From Alphaproteobacteria bacterium (GTDB lineage: Bacteria; Pseudomonadota; Alphaproteobacteria; Rs-D84): 64,000 bases of DNA. The position numbers and the translations under genes were made by a program. Shown here piece after piece: positions 20,901-29,535 of this stretch. Numbering within the stretch: the first letter of the stretch is position 1; the number at the start of each line of letters is the position of its first letter. The notes under the pieces are model-generated. The model searched no databases. It saw only the letters and a list, made by a program, of their open reading frames with translations, and had not been told where the DNA came from. Location: contig WRKW01000001.1 in assembly GCA_009777955.1 (NCBI GenBank), forward strand, positions 21,986 through 85,985, given 5' to 3'.

Positions 20901-22041
20901 GGGCGCAAAGCTTGCAGAATGGGATCCATATTCCAATACCATCATTGCGGAAAAATCGGGCAAGGCTGTTTTCCAGGATCTTGTCGAAAATGTTTCGTAT
21001 TCCGAAGATCTGGATGCAACCACGGGAATTACAACACGTAAAGTCACCAATTGGAAAGCCGTGACCAAAAAGCCATTGAAACCATCAATAGCTTTGGTTG
21101 GCGAAGATGGAAAAGTTTTGCATCTTGGCGGAAAGAAAGAAGCGGAATATATGTTGCCCATGTACGCGGTATTGGCGGTTTCCGATGGACAAATGGTTCA
21201 TGGTGGTGATGTTCTTGCGCGTATTCGTGTCGAAACAAAAAAGACAAGCGATATTACCGGCGGTCTGCCGCGTGTAAACGAACTGTTGGAAGTACGGCGT
21301 TCTTCCCGTCCCGCGATACTTGCAGAGATAGATGGTGAAATCGAAATCATAGACGAGGGCAAGGTAAAGATCATAGTTCGCATATTGCCGACAGACGGTA
21401 CGGCACCGGTAGAATATGCCGTGCCAAAGGGCGTGAATTTGCTGGTGCGTGCGGGCGACATAGTGAAAAAAGCCGAAATGCTGGTTGATGGCGACCCGGT
21501 ACCCCAGGATATTTTACGCATACTTGGGCAAAAAGAATTGGCACAGTTTATGGTGGAACAGATTCAACAGGTTTATCGTTTGCAGGGCGTTACAATCAAT
21601 AACAAGCATGTTGAAATCCTTATCCGTGAAATGACGCGCCGCGTCGAAATAGTGAATCCGGGTGATACATCGTTCCTTACCGGGCATGTAATTGACCGGG
21701 TTGTGTTCGAAGAAGAAAACGAACGCGTAATAAAAGACGGCGGAAAGCCTGCGGAAGCAAGCAGGATTCTGGTCGGCCTTACACGCGCATCGCTTACCAG
21801 CCGGTCGTTTATATCGAATGCGTCGTTCCAACAGACTACAAAGGTTCTTGTGGATGCGGCTATTTCCGGTGCGACGGACAAGCTGGTCGGTATTAACGAA
21901 AACCTGATGGTTGGGCGTTTGATTCCGGTCGGCACTGGTGCGTATGTCCGCCGCGTGCGTGAAATCGCGAAAGACGAAGAACGTGCAGAACAGCTGGCGC
22001 GGGATAACGCCGGGGGCGAACAACAGATGTTGGCGATATAA
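17914..22041 (+). CDS. rpoC: DNA-directed RNA polymerase subunit beta'
   Basis: 1375 aa. Zn finger [23 protein letters not shown], catalytic [12 protein letters not shown], and [12 protein letters not shown]. Confidence 0.98.
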   Translation: MKMLQKIFGQIETKEQFDALQIKIASPEEIMSWSRGEVKKPETINYHSLKPESDGLFCQQIFGPVKDYECACGKYKRIKFRGVICERCGVEVGSSSVRRERMGHIKLATPVSHTWFLREGKIATMLNNLPQKKLEQVIYYDAYIVTEPGLTSLKLYDVISEDEYQAALEEFGADAFRVGIGADGVRDVISGLDIGDERTRLRAELSETKSESKRKGIVKHLKLVESFMDSKTEPAWMLPDVLPVIPPDMRPLVTLDAGHVAASDLNDLYRRVTIRNNRLKKLVDLHAPEIIIRNEKRMLQEAVDALFDNGHKTRPLVSQNRRPLKSLSDSLIGKTGRFRMNLLGKRVDYSGRSVIVSGPTLKLHQMGLPKTMALELFKPFVFARLLAGDHANTLKTARKMVEVGEEIVWEILDEVVHQHPVLLNRAPTLHRLGILAFEPVLIEGKAIRLHPLVCKGFNADFDGDQMSVHVPISLEAQLEARTLMLSTNNVLSPASGDPMIVPTQDMVLGIYYISLMDGEHTDKSPRFANMDEVMLALHNNAITLHTPIIARFDDHDGIKTVKTTAGRMMIGELLPRKQGISFELVNQYMGKKQIEALLSAIYENCGDKDMIMLADNLKNLGFEQAARSGISIGFGDIVIPEEKQRMIADAEKQVEEIESQYQNGLISNSERYNKLVDMWQHVTNKIGDLAFSGLRKASGANWNSIIMMADSGARGSKTQIQQLAGMRGVMQKPNGDLIEVPIISNFKEGLTMSEYFTSTHGARKGLSDTALKTAEAGYLTRRLVSMAHNTVITEHDCGTREFVTALPVYTGSVLSVSLGSVVLGRTVAKDIIHPISGNVIVKDGEIITKVLAKEIDASGLPSVDIRSVLTCQSDGLCAKCYGMDLSRSALVHVGEAVGVIAGQSIGEPGTQLTLRTFHVGGVASGGGAAGHFIETPVNGTVKLDGVNTIVNSAGRTVVLSRNARIAVMDSKGVELFSEKLPYASMLVVTDGLVVEKGAKLAEWDPYSNTIIAEKSGKAVFQDLVENVSYSEDLDATTGITTRKVTNWKAVTKKPLKPSIALVGEDGKVLHLGGKKEAEYMLPMYAVLAVSDGQMVHGGDVLARIRVETKKTSDITGGLPRVNELLEVRRSSRPAILAEIDGEIEIIDEGKVKIIVRILPTDGTAPVEYAVPKGVNLLVRAGDIVKKAEMLVDGDPVPQDILRILGQKELAQFMVEQIQQVYRLQGVTINNKHVEILIREMTRRVEIVNPGDTSFLTGHVIDRVVFEEENERVIKDGGKPAEASRILVGLTRASLTSRSFISNASFQQTTKVLVDAAISGATDKLVGINENLMVGRLIPVGTGAYVRRVREIAKDEERAEQLARDNAGGEQQMLAI

Positions 22042-22043
22042 GA

Positions 22044-22066
22044 ATGCGCCGAAAGGCGCATTTTTA
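22044..22066 (+). terminator. Rho-independent terminator after rpoC
   Basis: ATGCGCC-gaaa-GGCGCAT followed by TTTTT, starting 3 nt after the rpoC stop. Confidence 0.8.
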
Positions 22067-22083
22067 AATTAAGGAATAAATTA

Positions 22084-22482
22084 ATGAACAAAAAACCAGC
22101 TATTTTTTGCGACATTGACGGGGTGGTTACGAAAAAATTCGCACTGCCCGATTGGGACAGATTCGGGGAACCCAATCAACCCATGGTTCGCATTTTGAAA
22201 ACTCTTGCGAAAGACTTTATGATAATATTTATTACCGGTCGTTGGGCAATGGGACAAGAAAAGGTAACGGCGTATATAAAATCATTCTTGCCGGACATAG
22301 ATTGTCGAATATTTTGCAAACCGCATGATTATCCGGGCACTACCGCTGAATACAAGCTGGCGAAGATAAAGGAACTGGAATCGGAAGGATACGAATTCTT
22401 TATGGGTTTTGATGACCACAGTGCTGTTATCGGTCTGTTACATAATCACGGAATGTTCGTGGCAGAAGTAATCGCAGATTAA
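22084..22482 (+). CDS. Small HAD-superfamily phosphatase-like protein
   Basis: 132 aa. The N-terminal IFCDIDGVV is HAD motif I (DxDx[TV]), and GFDDH is a possible motif IV. Specific substrate unknown. Confidence 0.55.
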   Translation: MNKKPAIFCDIDGVVTKKFALPDWDRFGEPNQPMVRILKTLAKDFMIIFITGRWAMGQEKVTAYIKSFLPDIDCRIFCKPHDYPGTTAEYKLAKIKELESEGYEFFMGFDDHSAVIGLLHNHGMFVAEVIAD

Positions 22483-22567
22483 GCATGGGGCGATATTCTA
22501 TATAAATTCTAACGACTAGCTACTACCGACTACCGACCGGCTCTGTTTACGGGTCTCGGCCTTTAAT

Positions 22568-22840
22568 GTCATTGCGAGTCGCGTCACCGCTTGCGGTGAC
22601 GGACGAAGCAATCGTTTCCGATATTTCGTGTCATTGCGAGTGGTCAAAGACCGCGAAGCAATCGTTTCCGATATTTCGTGTCATTGCGAGCCACAAAGTG
22701 GCGAAGCAATCTTTTCCAACAAAGGGAAGTATAAGAATTCCATCGCCTGGAAAGATTGCTTCGTCCGCCTGACGGCGTGACTCGCAATGACACGGAATGC
22801 TGGAAAGATTGCTTCGCGGTCTTTGACCGCTCGCAATGAC
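22568..22840. repeat. Cluster of five family A repeats: three head-to-tail forward copies, then two reverse copies
   Basis: Forward copies at 22568-22613, 22630-22663 and 22680-22711, the first two followed by the 16-nt spacer GTTTCCGATATTTCGT. Reverse copies at 22754-22791 and 22807-22840. Termini GTCATTGCGAG / CGAAGCAATC are conserved and the cores differ. Confidence 0.9.
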
Positions 22841-22890
22841 AAGAAATGTTATAAAAAATTGTCTTTTGAAATTTTCGGGGTAACAGATCT

Positions 22891-23337
22891 TTAACCTATC
22901 TTAAAATTCGGTCGGGATGCACGCAGTGCGGCCAGGGATTTTTCCTGGGCCGCTTTGAACGCGCCCGGTTCCCATATCTGAAAAGAATTGCCACGGCCAA
23001 CAAATACTGCCTTGTCCTTTATTCCCGCGTGTGTCAAAAGATCTGTCGGAATCACTACGCGGCCGGTAACATCAAACAAAAGCGGGCGGGCATCAGCAAA
23101 CAACATCGCGGATAGATCGTCCAGCTCTGCATCAAAAACACCCATCTGATCGGTAGCTGTTGCCATTTTTTCCATACGTGACATCGAAAGGCCTTCTATG
23201 CAGGGGGCTGTAAATGAACGATAAAGGACTATGCCGGAAAAATTTTCTTGATTAACAGACGAACGGAACGGGGCCGGTATTGAAATTCGACCCTTTGTAT
23301 CCAGGTGATTTTCATAAGTGGAGAGAAATAATGGCAT
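22891..23337 (-). CDS. mraZ: Transcriptional regulator MraZ
   Basis: 148 aa. MPLFLSTYENHLDTKGRISIPAPFRS, then a second repeat FDVTGRVVIPTDLLTHAGIKDKAVFVGRGNSFQIWEP, giving the two SpoVT/AbrB-type half-domains typical of MraZ. Confidence 0.9.
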   Translation of the reverse strand: MPLFLSTYENHLDTKGRISIPAPFRSSVNQENFSGIVLYRSFTAPCIEGLSMSRMEKMATATDQMGVFDAELDDLSAMLFADARPLLFDVTGRVVIPTDLLTHAGIKDKAVFVGRGNSFQIWEPGAFKAAQEKSLAALRASRPNFKIG

Positions 23338-23481
23338 GTCCGTTCCGATTCGTCCCTTTATTTATATCATGGCAAAAACTGGGTGTCAATGACAATCTGT
23401 AATTATTTTATGGGATTTTATGGTTTGTATATATAAAAACGATAAAAATTTAATAAAGTTGAAATAAAATTAACTTTTTAC

Positions 23482-23511
23482 TTGACTGCCGATTCGTTTT
23501 TTTATTAAGAT
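23482..23511 (+). promoter_or_regulatory. Candidate sigma70-type promoter for 23593-23928
   Basis: TTGACT (23482-23487), an 18-nt spacer, then TAAGAT (23506-23511), about 80 nt upstream of the ATG in an AT-rich divergent region. Pattern match only. Confidence 0.25.
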
Positions 23512-23592
23512 TTGTATATACAAAGCGGATGAAAGCGATAAATTCGCAGAAATCTGGGGAAAAATTAACAATAACTAACCAAGGAGAGTGGG

Positions 23593-23928
23593 ATGTCGAA
23601 AAATTTAAAGGAAATAATGGCGGCGTTAGACAAAGTTCTTAATACGACCGTCTGGGTCAATACCGATCGCCAGATTGTGTCCCTTGCGGACGAACTGAGT
23701 GTCGGTGCGGGCAATAGTCCCCGGACTATAGAAGATTTGTCACGCGCGTCGCTTACCGGCGCGTATGTTTCTTTGCAGATTCGCAGCGATAACTTCAGCG
23801 TTGCGGCCGAAGGTTTGGAAACCACCGATCTGGCCGCGCGTGTAAAAGATATGGTCTTTGTGGAAGCCAAGAAAATACTGGATGAAGCATCCGGTGTGAC
23901 GACCGAAAAAATTGCTATGGCGGCATAA
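23593..23928 (+). CDS. Hypothetical protein (111 aa)
   Basis: ORF preceded by AAGGAGAG SD 5 nt upstream and followed by a strong terminator. No family recognised. Confidence 0.55.
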   Translation: MSKNLKEIMAALDKVLNTTVWVNTDRQIVSLADELSVGAGNSPRTIEDLSRASLTGAYVSLQIRSDNFSVAAEGLETTDLAARVKDMVFVEAKKILDEASGVTTEKIAMAA

Positions 23929-23979
23929 TATATCTTTGTCGCATTAAAAGTTTCCGGTATAACCGGAAGGAAGGGAGAA

Positions 23980-24010
23980 CCCGCAGAATGTAAAATTCTG
24001 CGGGATTTTT
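23980..24010 (+). terminator. Rho-independent terminator
   Basis: CCCGCAGAAT-gtaa-AATTCTGCGGG followed by ATTTTTGTT. Confidence 0.8.
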
Positions 24011-24052
24011 GTTGCTTGCAAATTCAGGAAATGGAATATAAAATGGCGCGTC

Positions 24053-24128
24053 GTCCCCATAGTTCAATTGGATAGAACAAGTTCCTCCTAAGAATTAGAT
24101 CCTGGTTCGATTCCGGGTGGGGACGCCA
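24053..24128 (+). tRNA. tRNA-Arg (anticodon CCT)
   Basis: Acceptor GTCCCCA/TGGGGAC, D-arm GTTC-AATTGGATA-GAAC, anticodon loop CTCCTAA, T-arm CCTGG-TTCGATT-CCGGG, encoded CCA. Confidence 0.9.
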
Positions 24129-24147
24129 CCAAATACCCCCGACGGCA

Positions 24148-25395
24148 TCAAAACTGTGACGGACTGACGCTGGATATGATTTTTACCCCGGGGGTTGGCG
24201 CGTTATTCCACACCGGCGCACATCGTTTTCGCACGAACAATAACGACCATAATCCAATGATTGTAACCAGCGTGCCCATTATTGCAACGCTGGCCCACCA
24301 TCCACCTATGAACGCACCGAATCCGACGATTCCCGCCCCGGCCGCATAACAGATCTGATTTGATATGGAAAACAGCGACAATGCCACCGGTCGGTATTGT
24401 TCGGGGACGGATTCCTGGAACTTTGCATAGGTTGCAACATCGATAATGGAAAACATTGTGTATGCCACGCCCAATATTGCCAGTGCCCAAATAGAATACA
24501 GCCATGCGAATGCAATAAACGTCAGACCCGCGACCATGATCATACCGTACAGATATACATCGCGCAATTTGTACATCTTGTGCGCGACCATCTGCCCGGC
24601 TATTTTGCATATCATCAGGAATATTGTCAGACCCCCGACATATTCGATTGGCACGCCGATATCCAATCCCATGGGGCCGAAATAATCGTCCAGATATGCC
24701 AGATTTCCGACCATGGTGCATAACAGTGTCATATATACAACGCATGGATTTCTAAGAACCATCTTGGATCCGATGGTCAGCGTCTTCCAAAATGCGACCC
24801 CGGCCGATTTAACGCGCTGTTTAACCGGATTACATTTTGCCCGAATTTTTATCCGCGATATAAAATATAAACTGGCCGCCAGTGGCACCAATGTCGCGAA
24901 CAATATAAAATCATATCCGATATACAATAACAGCGAACCCGCCGCGGACAGTCCGCCGGCCATCGTCGTTATTGCCATCCTGTGTCCCAGAACCTTGGCG
25001 TAAACGGCCTTGTGTTTTCGCGCGGCCAGCTCGTCATACAATAAACTTTCGTATGAAATATTATATATGGCACCCTGTACCCCCCACATTACCATACCCA
25101 ACGCAAATCCCCAGTATGTCGGCCAAACGAACCACAACACAAATGAAAACATTTTTATGAATTGCCCGATTGCGATCGCCCACTTTTGACCCGCCTGCCG
25201 GTTCAGCCATACGGACGGAAGTTGCGCGGCGACTACACCGACGGCCCACATCATGAATATTGTGGTCAATGCGACATCCGATACACCGTTCTCTTGGAAA
25301 AAGATGGCATAGACCGGCATCAAGACCATCAGCGCGTTAAAAAATGCAAAAAAATATATATTACGCACAAAACTGCGCAGGTCGGATTTTTTCAT
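24148..25395 (-). CDS. MFS-type transporter (about 12 predicted hydrophobic segments)
   Basis: 415 aa, highly hydrophobic throughout, with the periodic TM pattern and short basic loops typical of the major facilitator superfamily. Substrate unknown. Confidence 0.65.
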   Translation of the reverse strand: MKKSDLRSFVRNIYFFAFFNALMVLMPVYAIFFQENGVSDVALTTIFMMWAVGVVAAQLPSVWLNRQAGQKWAIAIGQFIKMFSFVLWFVWPTYWGFALGMVMWGVQGAIYNISYESLLYDELAARKHKAVYAKVLGHRMAITTMAGGLSAAGSLLLYIGYDFILFATLVPLAASLYFISRIKIRAKCNPVKQRVKSAGVAFWKTLTIGSKMVLRNPCVVYMTLLCTMVGNLAYLDDYFGPMGLDIGVPIEYVGGLTIFLMICKIAGQMVAHKMYKLRDVYLYGMIMVAGLTFIAFAWLYSIWALAILGVAYTMFSIIDVATYAKFQESVPEQYRPVALSLFSISNQICYAAGAGIVGFGAFIGGWWASVAIMGTLVTIIGLWSLLFVRKRCAPVWNNAPTPGVKIISSVSPSQF

Positions 25396-25555
25396 CAGTG
25401 CATTATATCATAAACCGATACTATAATAAATATAAGTAAAGGCTATGGGCTTTTTGGTTTGCCCCGCTTTTACCCTGTGATATCTGGCGGATAAATTTCA
25501 TAAATACCCTATTTAATAGTTGATTTTTGTGTAATTTTCTTTTTAAGTAGGTCAC

Positions 25556-26119
25556 ATGAAAAAAATAGTTTCGTTTTTGTTAGCAACAATCGTATATAGC
25601 GGCTATGCGCATGCGGATATTTACAACCCTTTCTTTGGGGAACATCGGCATCAGGTGGCGTTTGGCCTGGGTACGGGTGTGGATACGGGGTTTATAGTTC
25701 CGCCCCCGGCCAGGTTTGTGCCTTTTACAGAGGCTCATATTCAATATTCTATACCATCAACAATGTTTTATTTGCCGTCGCGCTTTTCTTTTAATATTTC
25801 CCATACAATCGGATTTGGCGAAAGATACGGTTGGGAATGGCAGCGGTTTTCCATTCCGATTATTTATTTGACCGAAGATGTCGCCTTGCTTCACACCAAA
25901 CGCTGGTACTTTGGCGCGGGGCCGGGGATGGGATTCCAGATGCATGAAAATATACGCATCGGATCAAAGCTGGTTTTTACATTGAAAGTTTTCACAGGAT
26001 ACAGATTCACTGAATCATTTGGTATGGAAATTTATGCGAAACATTTTTCAAATGGAAACACAGCACCTGAAAACAATTCTTATGCTTTTTATGGATTGTC
26101 GGCTACATATAGTTTCTGA
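25556..26119 (+). CDS. Outer-membrane acyloxyacyl hydrolase / lipid A 3-O-deacylase (PagL)-like beta-barrel
   Basis: 187 aa. Signal peptide MKKIVSFLLATIVYSGYAHA, alternating beta-strand pattern, HFSNG near the C-terminus (the His-x-Ser catalytic motif of the PagL family) and terminal ..SATYSF. Confidence 0.6.
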   Translation: MKKIVSFLLATIVYSGYAHADIYNPFFGEHRHQVAFGLGTGVDTGFIVPPPARFVPFTEAHIQYSIPSTMFYLPSRFSFNISHTIGFGERYGWEWQRFSIPIIYLTEDVALLHTKRWYFGAGPGMGFQMHENIRIGSKLVFTLKVFTGYRFTESFGMEIYAKHFSNGNTAPENNSYAFYGLSATYSF

Positions 26120-26178
26120 ATATGTGCGCCTTTATATATTTTGCTTGCTCAAAGTTTTTCATGGTGTAGAATACAGGC

Positions 26179-26301
26179 ATGAAAAAATTATTTATATTTT
26201 TTGTTTTTTGTTCTTTGTTTTTCGTCGCGGCATGCGGCGTAAAGTCAGAATTAAATCATCCAGATGGTAAAAGCTTTCCGCGAAAGTATCCGGTTTATTA
26301 A
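26179..26301 (+). CDS. Small lipoprotein (40 aa; below the ORF-track cutoff)
   Basis: Hand translation gives MKKLFIFFVFCSLFFVAACGVKSELNHPDGKSFPRKYPVY*, with a lipobox FVAAC. Confidence 0.5.
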   Translation: MKKLFIFFVFCSLFFVAACGVKSELNHPDGKSFPRKYPVY

Positions 26302-26310
26302 GCATAAAAA

Positions 26311-26388
26311 TGGGGCGAATGACGGGATTTGAACCCGCGACTTCCAGTACCACAAACTGGCGCTCTAACCAACTGAGCTACATCCGCC
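26311..26388 (-). tRNA. tRNA-His (anticodon GTG) with genomically encoded G-1
   Basis: The reverse complement is G-GCGGATG-TA-GCTC-AGTTGGTTA-GAGC-G-CCAGT-TTGTGGT-ACTGG-AAGTC-GCGGG-TTCAAAT-CCCGT-CATTCGC-C-CCA. The extra 5' G lies opposite discriminator C73. Confidence 0.9.
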
Positions 26389-26488
26389 GTAACCCGCATA
26401 TTTTATATTCGTACAACTTAAAAGTCAAATTTAATTTCATATTGAACAAATGTGCCGGTTATGTAATTATGCGCAAAAGGAGATCTTT

Positions 26489-27391
26489 ATGAAACCAACA
26501 CTTTTTATTCTTGCGGCGGGCATGGGATCCAGATACGGCGGTTTGAAACAGCTGGATGGCGTTGGGGTCGGCGGCGAAACCATAATGGACTATTCCGTGT
26601 ATGACGCGGTAAAGGCCGGATTCGGCAAAGTCGTATTTGTTATCGGAAAGCATTTCGAGAACGATTTTCGACAAAAAGTGTTAAGCAAATACCAAAACCA
26701 TGTTGAAACTGTGGTTGTATTCCAATCTATTGATATTTTACCGGACGGTTTTGCTGTGCCGGTTGGACGTGAAAAACCATGGGGGACAAATCATGCTGTC
26801 ATTATGGCAAAGGATGTTATAAAAGAACCGTTTCTGGTAATTAATGCAGATGATTTTTATGGATATGATACTTTCAAAAAGGCCGCTGAATTCTTGTCCG
26901 GGGATCTTCCGGGCAACGAATATTGTATGATCGGGTTCAAACTGTGCAACACTTTGTCTGAAACCGGTGCTGTATCGCGCGGGGTATGCGAAGTCGGCAC
27001 AGATGGATATTTGAAAAAAATTACGGAACGCAAAGAAATTATAAAATCGGGCGATACAATACAATTCAAAGACGAAAACGGGGGCATGCATCCTGTGCCC
27101 AGCGATGCGATTGTATCGATGAATGCATGGGGCTTTACAAAAGATTATTTTGAACATTCAGAAAAATACTTTCGTGATGTGTTTCTGCCAAAGAATATGG
27201 AAAATCCAAAGTCGGAATTTTTTATCCCGCTTATGGTGGATGATTTGATAAACAGCGGCACGGCGACTGTTCGGTGCATTGATACCGATGCGGATTGGTT
27301 CGGGGTGACATACGCCGAAGATCGTCCCAGCGTGGTTCAAAAACTGAAAAATCTGGTTGATAGCGGGGAATATCCGAAGAAGTTGTTTTAG
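26489..27391 (+). CDS. Sugar-phosphate nucleotidyltransferase family protein
   Basis: The likely start is ATG 26489 (MKPTLFILAAGMGSRYGGLKQLDGVG), after AAAGGAGA SD. The LAAGxGSR(F/Y)GG motif is the NTP-transferase P-loop. The track ORF starts at 26450. Confidence 0.75.
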   Translation: MKPTLFILAAGMGSRYGGLKQLDGVGVGGETIMDYSVYDAVKAGFGKVVFVIGKHFENDFRQKVLSKYQNHVETVVVFQSIDILPDGFAVPVGREKPWGTNHAVIMAKDVIKEPFLVINADDFYGYDTFKKAAEFLSGDLPGNEYCMIGFKLCNTLSETGAVSRGVCEVGTDGYLKKITERKEIIKSGDTIQFKDENGGMHPVPSDAIVSMNAWGFTKDYFEHSEKYFRDVFLPKNMENPKSEFFIPLMVDDLINSGTATVRCIDTDADWFGVTYAEDRPSVVQKLKNLVDSGEYPKKLF

Positions 27392-27461
27392 AGATTGGGT
27401 ACCTGCGTTCCAGCTTTTTATTTGACTTTCATTGTGGTTGATTATAAAATGCGGGCTCAGT

Positions 27462-27538
27462 GGGGTTGTAGCTCAATTGGTTAGAGTACCTGCATGGCAT
27501 GCAGGGGGTTGTCGGTTCGAGTCCGATCAGCTCCACCA
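27462..27538 (+). tRNA. tRNA-Ala (anticodon GGC)
   Basis: Acceptor GGGGTTG/CAGCTCC with the G3:U70 alanine identity pair, anticodon loop ATGGCAT, T-arm GTCGG-TTCGAGT-CCGAT, encoded CCA. Confidence 0.88.
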
Positions 27539-27710
27539 TTTATAACTGCGGCACCAAAAAGGTGCCGTTTTTCATATCTGCCTTATCTTTGGGTTAGTTC
27601 GATTTTAAATTTTTTCAAAAATCGCTGCTTTTCATTCAATATCGAACTAAAAATTAAATTTTCTATAAAAACTAAGGCTGTTATGATATAATCGCTCGAA
27701 AGGAGAGATT

Positions 27711-28040
27711 ATGAAAATTATCTTATCGACACTTATCGCAACAATAATTTCAGTTCCTGTTATGGCAGAAATCATTAATTTAAGATGTCTTGCATCTGTA
27801 AATGACGGCCCATTTGATGTTTCTGTAAGAATGTTAGACAATATAGCTCTGTTAACCATTGATGGAAATGAAATTGGCCTGAGCAGAGATGACCAAGCAA
27901 ATGATTATATTGCGTTTTATCGTTTTGATCCTTGGTATAGGTTGACGATTGACTGGCCACAATTTGCACCGCAAAGATATATGCTGGGAATACCAACCGA
28001 TGGTGACTCAGCTTTTTATGCAAATTGTGAAGAAATATAA
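27711..28040 (+). CDS. Small secreted protein (109 aa)
   Basis: Signal peptide MKIILSTLIATIISVPVMAE, GGAGAG SD upstream, two Cys. No family recognised. Confidence 0.5.
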   Translation: MKIILSTLIATIISVPVMAEIINLRCLASVNDGPFDVSVRMLDNIALLTIDGNEIGLSRDDQANDYIAFYRFDPWYRLTIDWPQFAPQRYMLGIPTDGDSAFYANCEEI

Positions 28041-28328
28041 TTGTTCTTAAAGTTTTTGATTTTATTTGCTAAAATCTGAAAGTCGGTGGAGTTATTAGTT
28101 CGATACTCGTTCAGAATCTCCCACCACCAATTTTCACCAAGCGAAGCGAGGGCTGAAAATTGAGTGCCAGCCATAGCCCGCAGGGCAAAGGCTGGGCAAT
28201 TTTTCATACCAGTCTTATCCCGCGTCCATTTCAAAATCAAGTAAACAAAAAACTGGCATATTTCATCCAGTTTCGATAACAACAGCCATGTACCCAACGT
28301 CATTTAAATACAAGAACATTTTAAGTCT

Positions 28329-29405
28329 TTAAACAACCGCGTTTTCAATTATTGAAACTGTTTTTTCGGTTGTGTTTATTTCAACCATCGCGCCAAAAGG
28401 CAATATCAGCTGTGGTACAGTATGCCCAAAATCCATATTGGTTACAATTGGAATATCTGTGCATTCATATTCTTTGCAAGCTCGTAATAATACCTTGTCA
28501 TATTTTTCATAATCAGCAATCCATTTTTCTGATGCGTCTTTATTCTCGATCGGAAACTCTCCACCGGGTCGTGCAAATAATATTCCGTTAATACGGTTCA
28601 AAATTCCTTGGGCTCCGAAATTACGCAACCAGAACAGCACTTGTTCCGGCGATGGCATACCTTCTGCGGTCTCTAAAAATAAAATAACATCATTCCATTC
28701 ATCAATATCTGGCCAAATGTTTGTCCCGTTTATCATATCCAATGATTCTATACAGCCACCAAGTAAGCGTCCTTTGGCTGTTTTGTTACCTTGAATATAT
28801 CTGTGTCCAGAATTTTTAAATCTTGGTCTTGGGATATTATTCTCTGTGGCCCAATCCAATCGGTTTATCATGAATTCGTCACTTGCAGACAAAACGCCAA
28901 TAGGCTTAGTTTCAAATAATGTTTTTTTTGTGTTTTCAATTATGAATTTTGGAATGCCACAGTTTTCAGCATAGCCATACATCAATGAAGGGCTATAAAA
29001 CGATGCTATGCCGGCATGAAAGCACATAAAGTGATTTGCTGTTGTATCCGACATACCTAGAAATATTTTTGGATTATTTTTAATAATTTCAAAATGTTCT
29101 TTATTCATATGGCGCAACAATCGAATAGTATCGTTACCGCCAATATTGGTCAGGATAGCTTTTATATCTGGATTTTTGAAAGCTTCCATAAGGTCGTTCA
29201 ATCTCCATTCTGGATTTTCATATAATTCGGAAGGAGACTTTAAAGTGTTTGTCATTTCAACAATTTTTACGCCGAAAGCATCCTGGAATTGTTTTTTGCC
29301 CTGTTCATATCTTTCGTGTAAAAGACCGGCCCCACCCCAGGATAAAGACACGGTCGCAACCAAGTCATTTTTTTTCAAAGCAGTTGGTTTTATTAGAGAT
29401 TTCAT
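28329..29405 (-). CDS. S66-family LD-carboxypeptidase (LdcA / MccF-like)
   Basis: 358 aa. LKKNDLVATVSLSWGGAG at the N-terminus, nucleophile elbow FLGMSDTTANH (G-x-S-D), and C-terminal NMDFGHTVPQLILPFG (catalytic His). Confidence 0.8.
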   Translation of the reverse strand: MKSLIKPTALKKNDLVATVSLSWGGAGLLHERYEQGKKQFQDAFGVKIVEMTNTLKSPSELYENPEWRLNDLMEAFKNPDIKAILTNIGGNDTIRLLRHMNKEHFEIIKNNPKIFLGMSDTTANHFMCFHAGIASFYSPSLMYGYAENCGIPKFIIENTKKTLFETKPIGVLSASDEFMINRLDWATENNIPRPRFKNSGHRYIQGNKTAKGRLLGGCIESLDMINGTNIWPDIDEWNDVILFLETAEGMPSPEQVLFWLRNFGAQGILNRINGILFARPGGEFPIENKDASEKWIADYEKYDKVLLRACKEYECTDIPIVTNMDFGHTVPQLILPFGAMVEINTTEKTVSIIENAVV

Positions 29406-29535
29406 ACTTATATCCTTTGGGTAAATTATAATAAGGTTTGTATAAAAGTCCAGGAATTTAATGTCTGGCGTAACAGTGTATAGAAATTAAAAAGTCGTTG
29501 AAAATAATATGCAATATTACGCGTTGACGATTAAA

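Noticed and set aside
22566-22772. ORFs spanning repeat DNA: 22566-22772, 13383-13784, 6258-6449, 9513-9704, 42860-43072 and 61289-61759
   Set aside because: Their 'proteins' are just translated repeat modules (..SLRATKWQSNL.., ..HCEWSKTAKQS.., ..IIHYSLFIIH.., ..FKKTKG..). The same peptides recur wherever the repeat occurs. There are no SD sequences.
22568-22840. Possible CRISPR array, because of the regularly spaced repeats
   Set aside because: Only three copies are direct repeats, and two of them are followed by the same 16-nt sequence rather than unique spacers. The next two copies are inverted, and the variable parts are inside the repeats. Identical elements are dispersed singly around the window, and no cas genes are present.
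23380-23424. TGGG/TGGT repeats (23380, 23411, 23421) upstream of mraZ as possible MraZ operator boxes
   Set aside because: Only two are spaced 10 nt apart, one is TGGT, and their orientation relative to mraZ is opposite to what I recall for the E. coli operator. This is too weak to call.
28016-28303. 95-aa minus-strand ORF between the small secreted protein gene and the S66 peptidase
   Set aside because: It overlaps the 3' end of 27711-28040 by 25 nt, has no SD and matches no recognisable family. It might be a gene remnant, but I cannot support a call.
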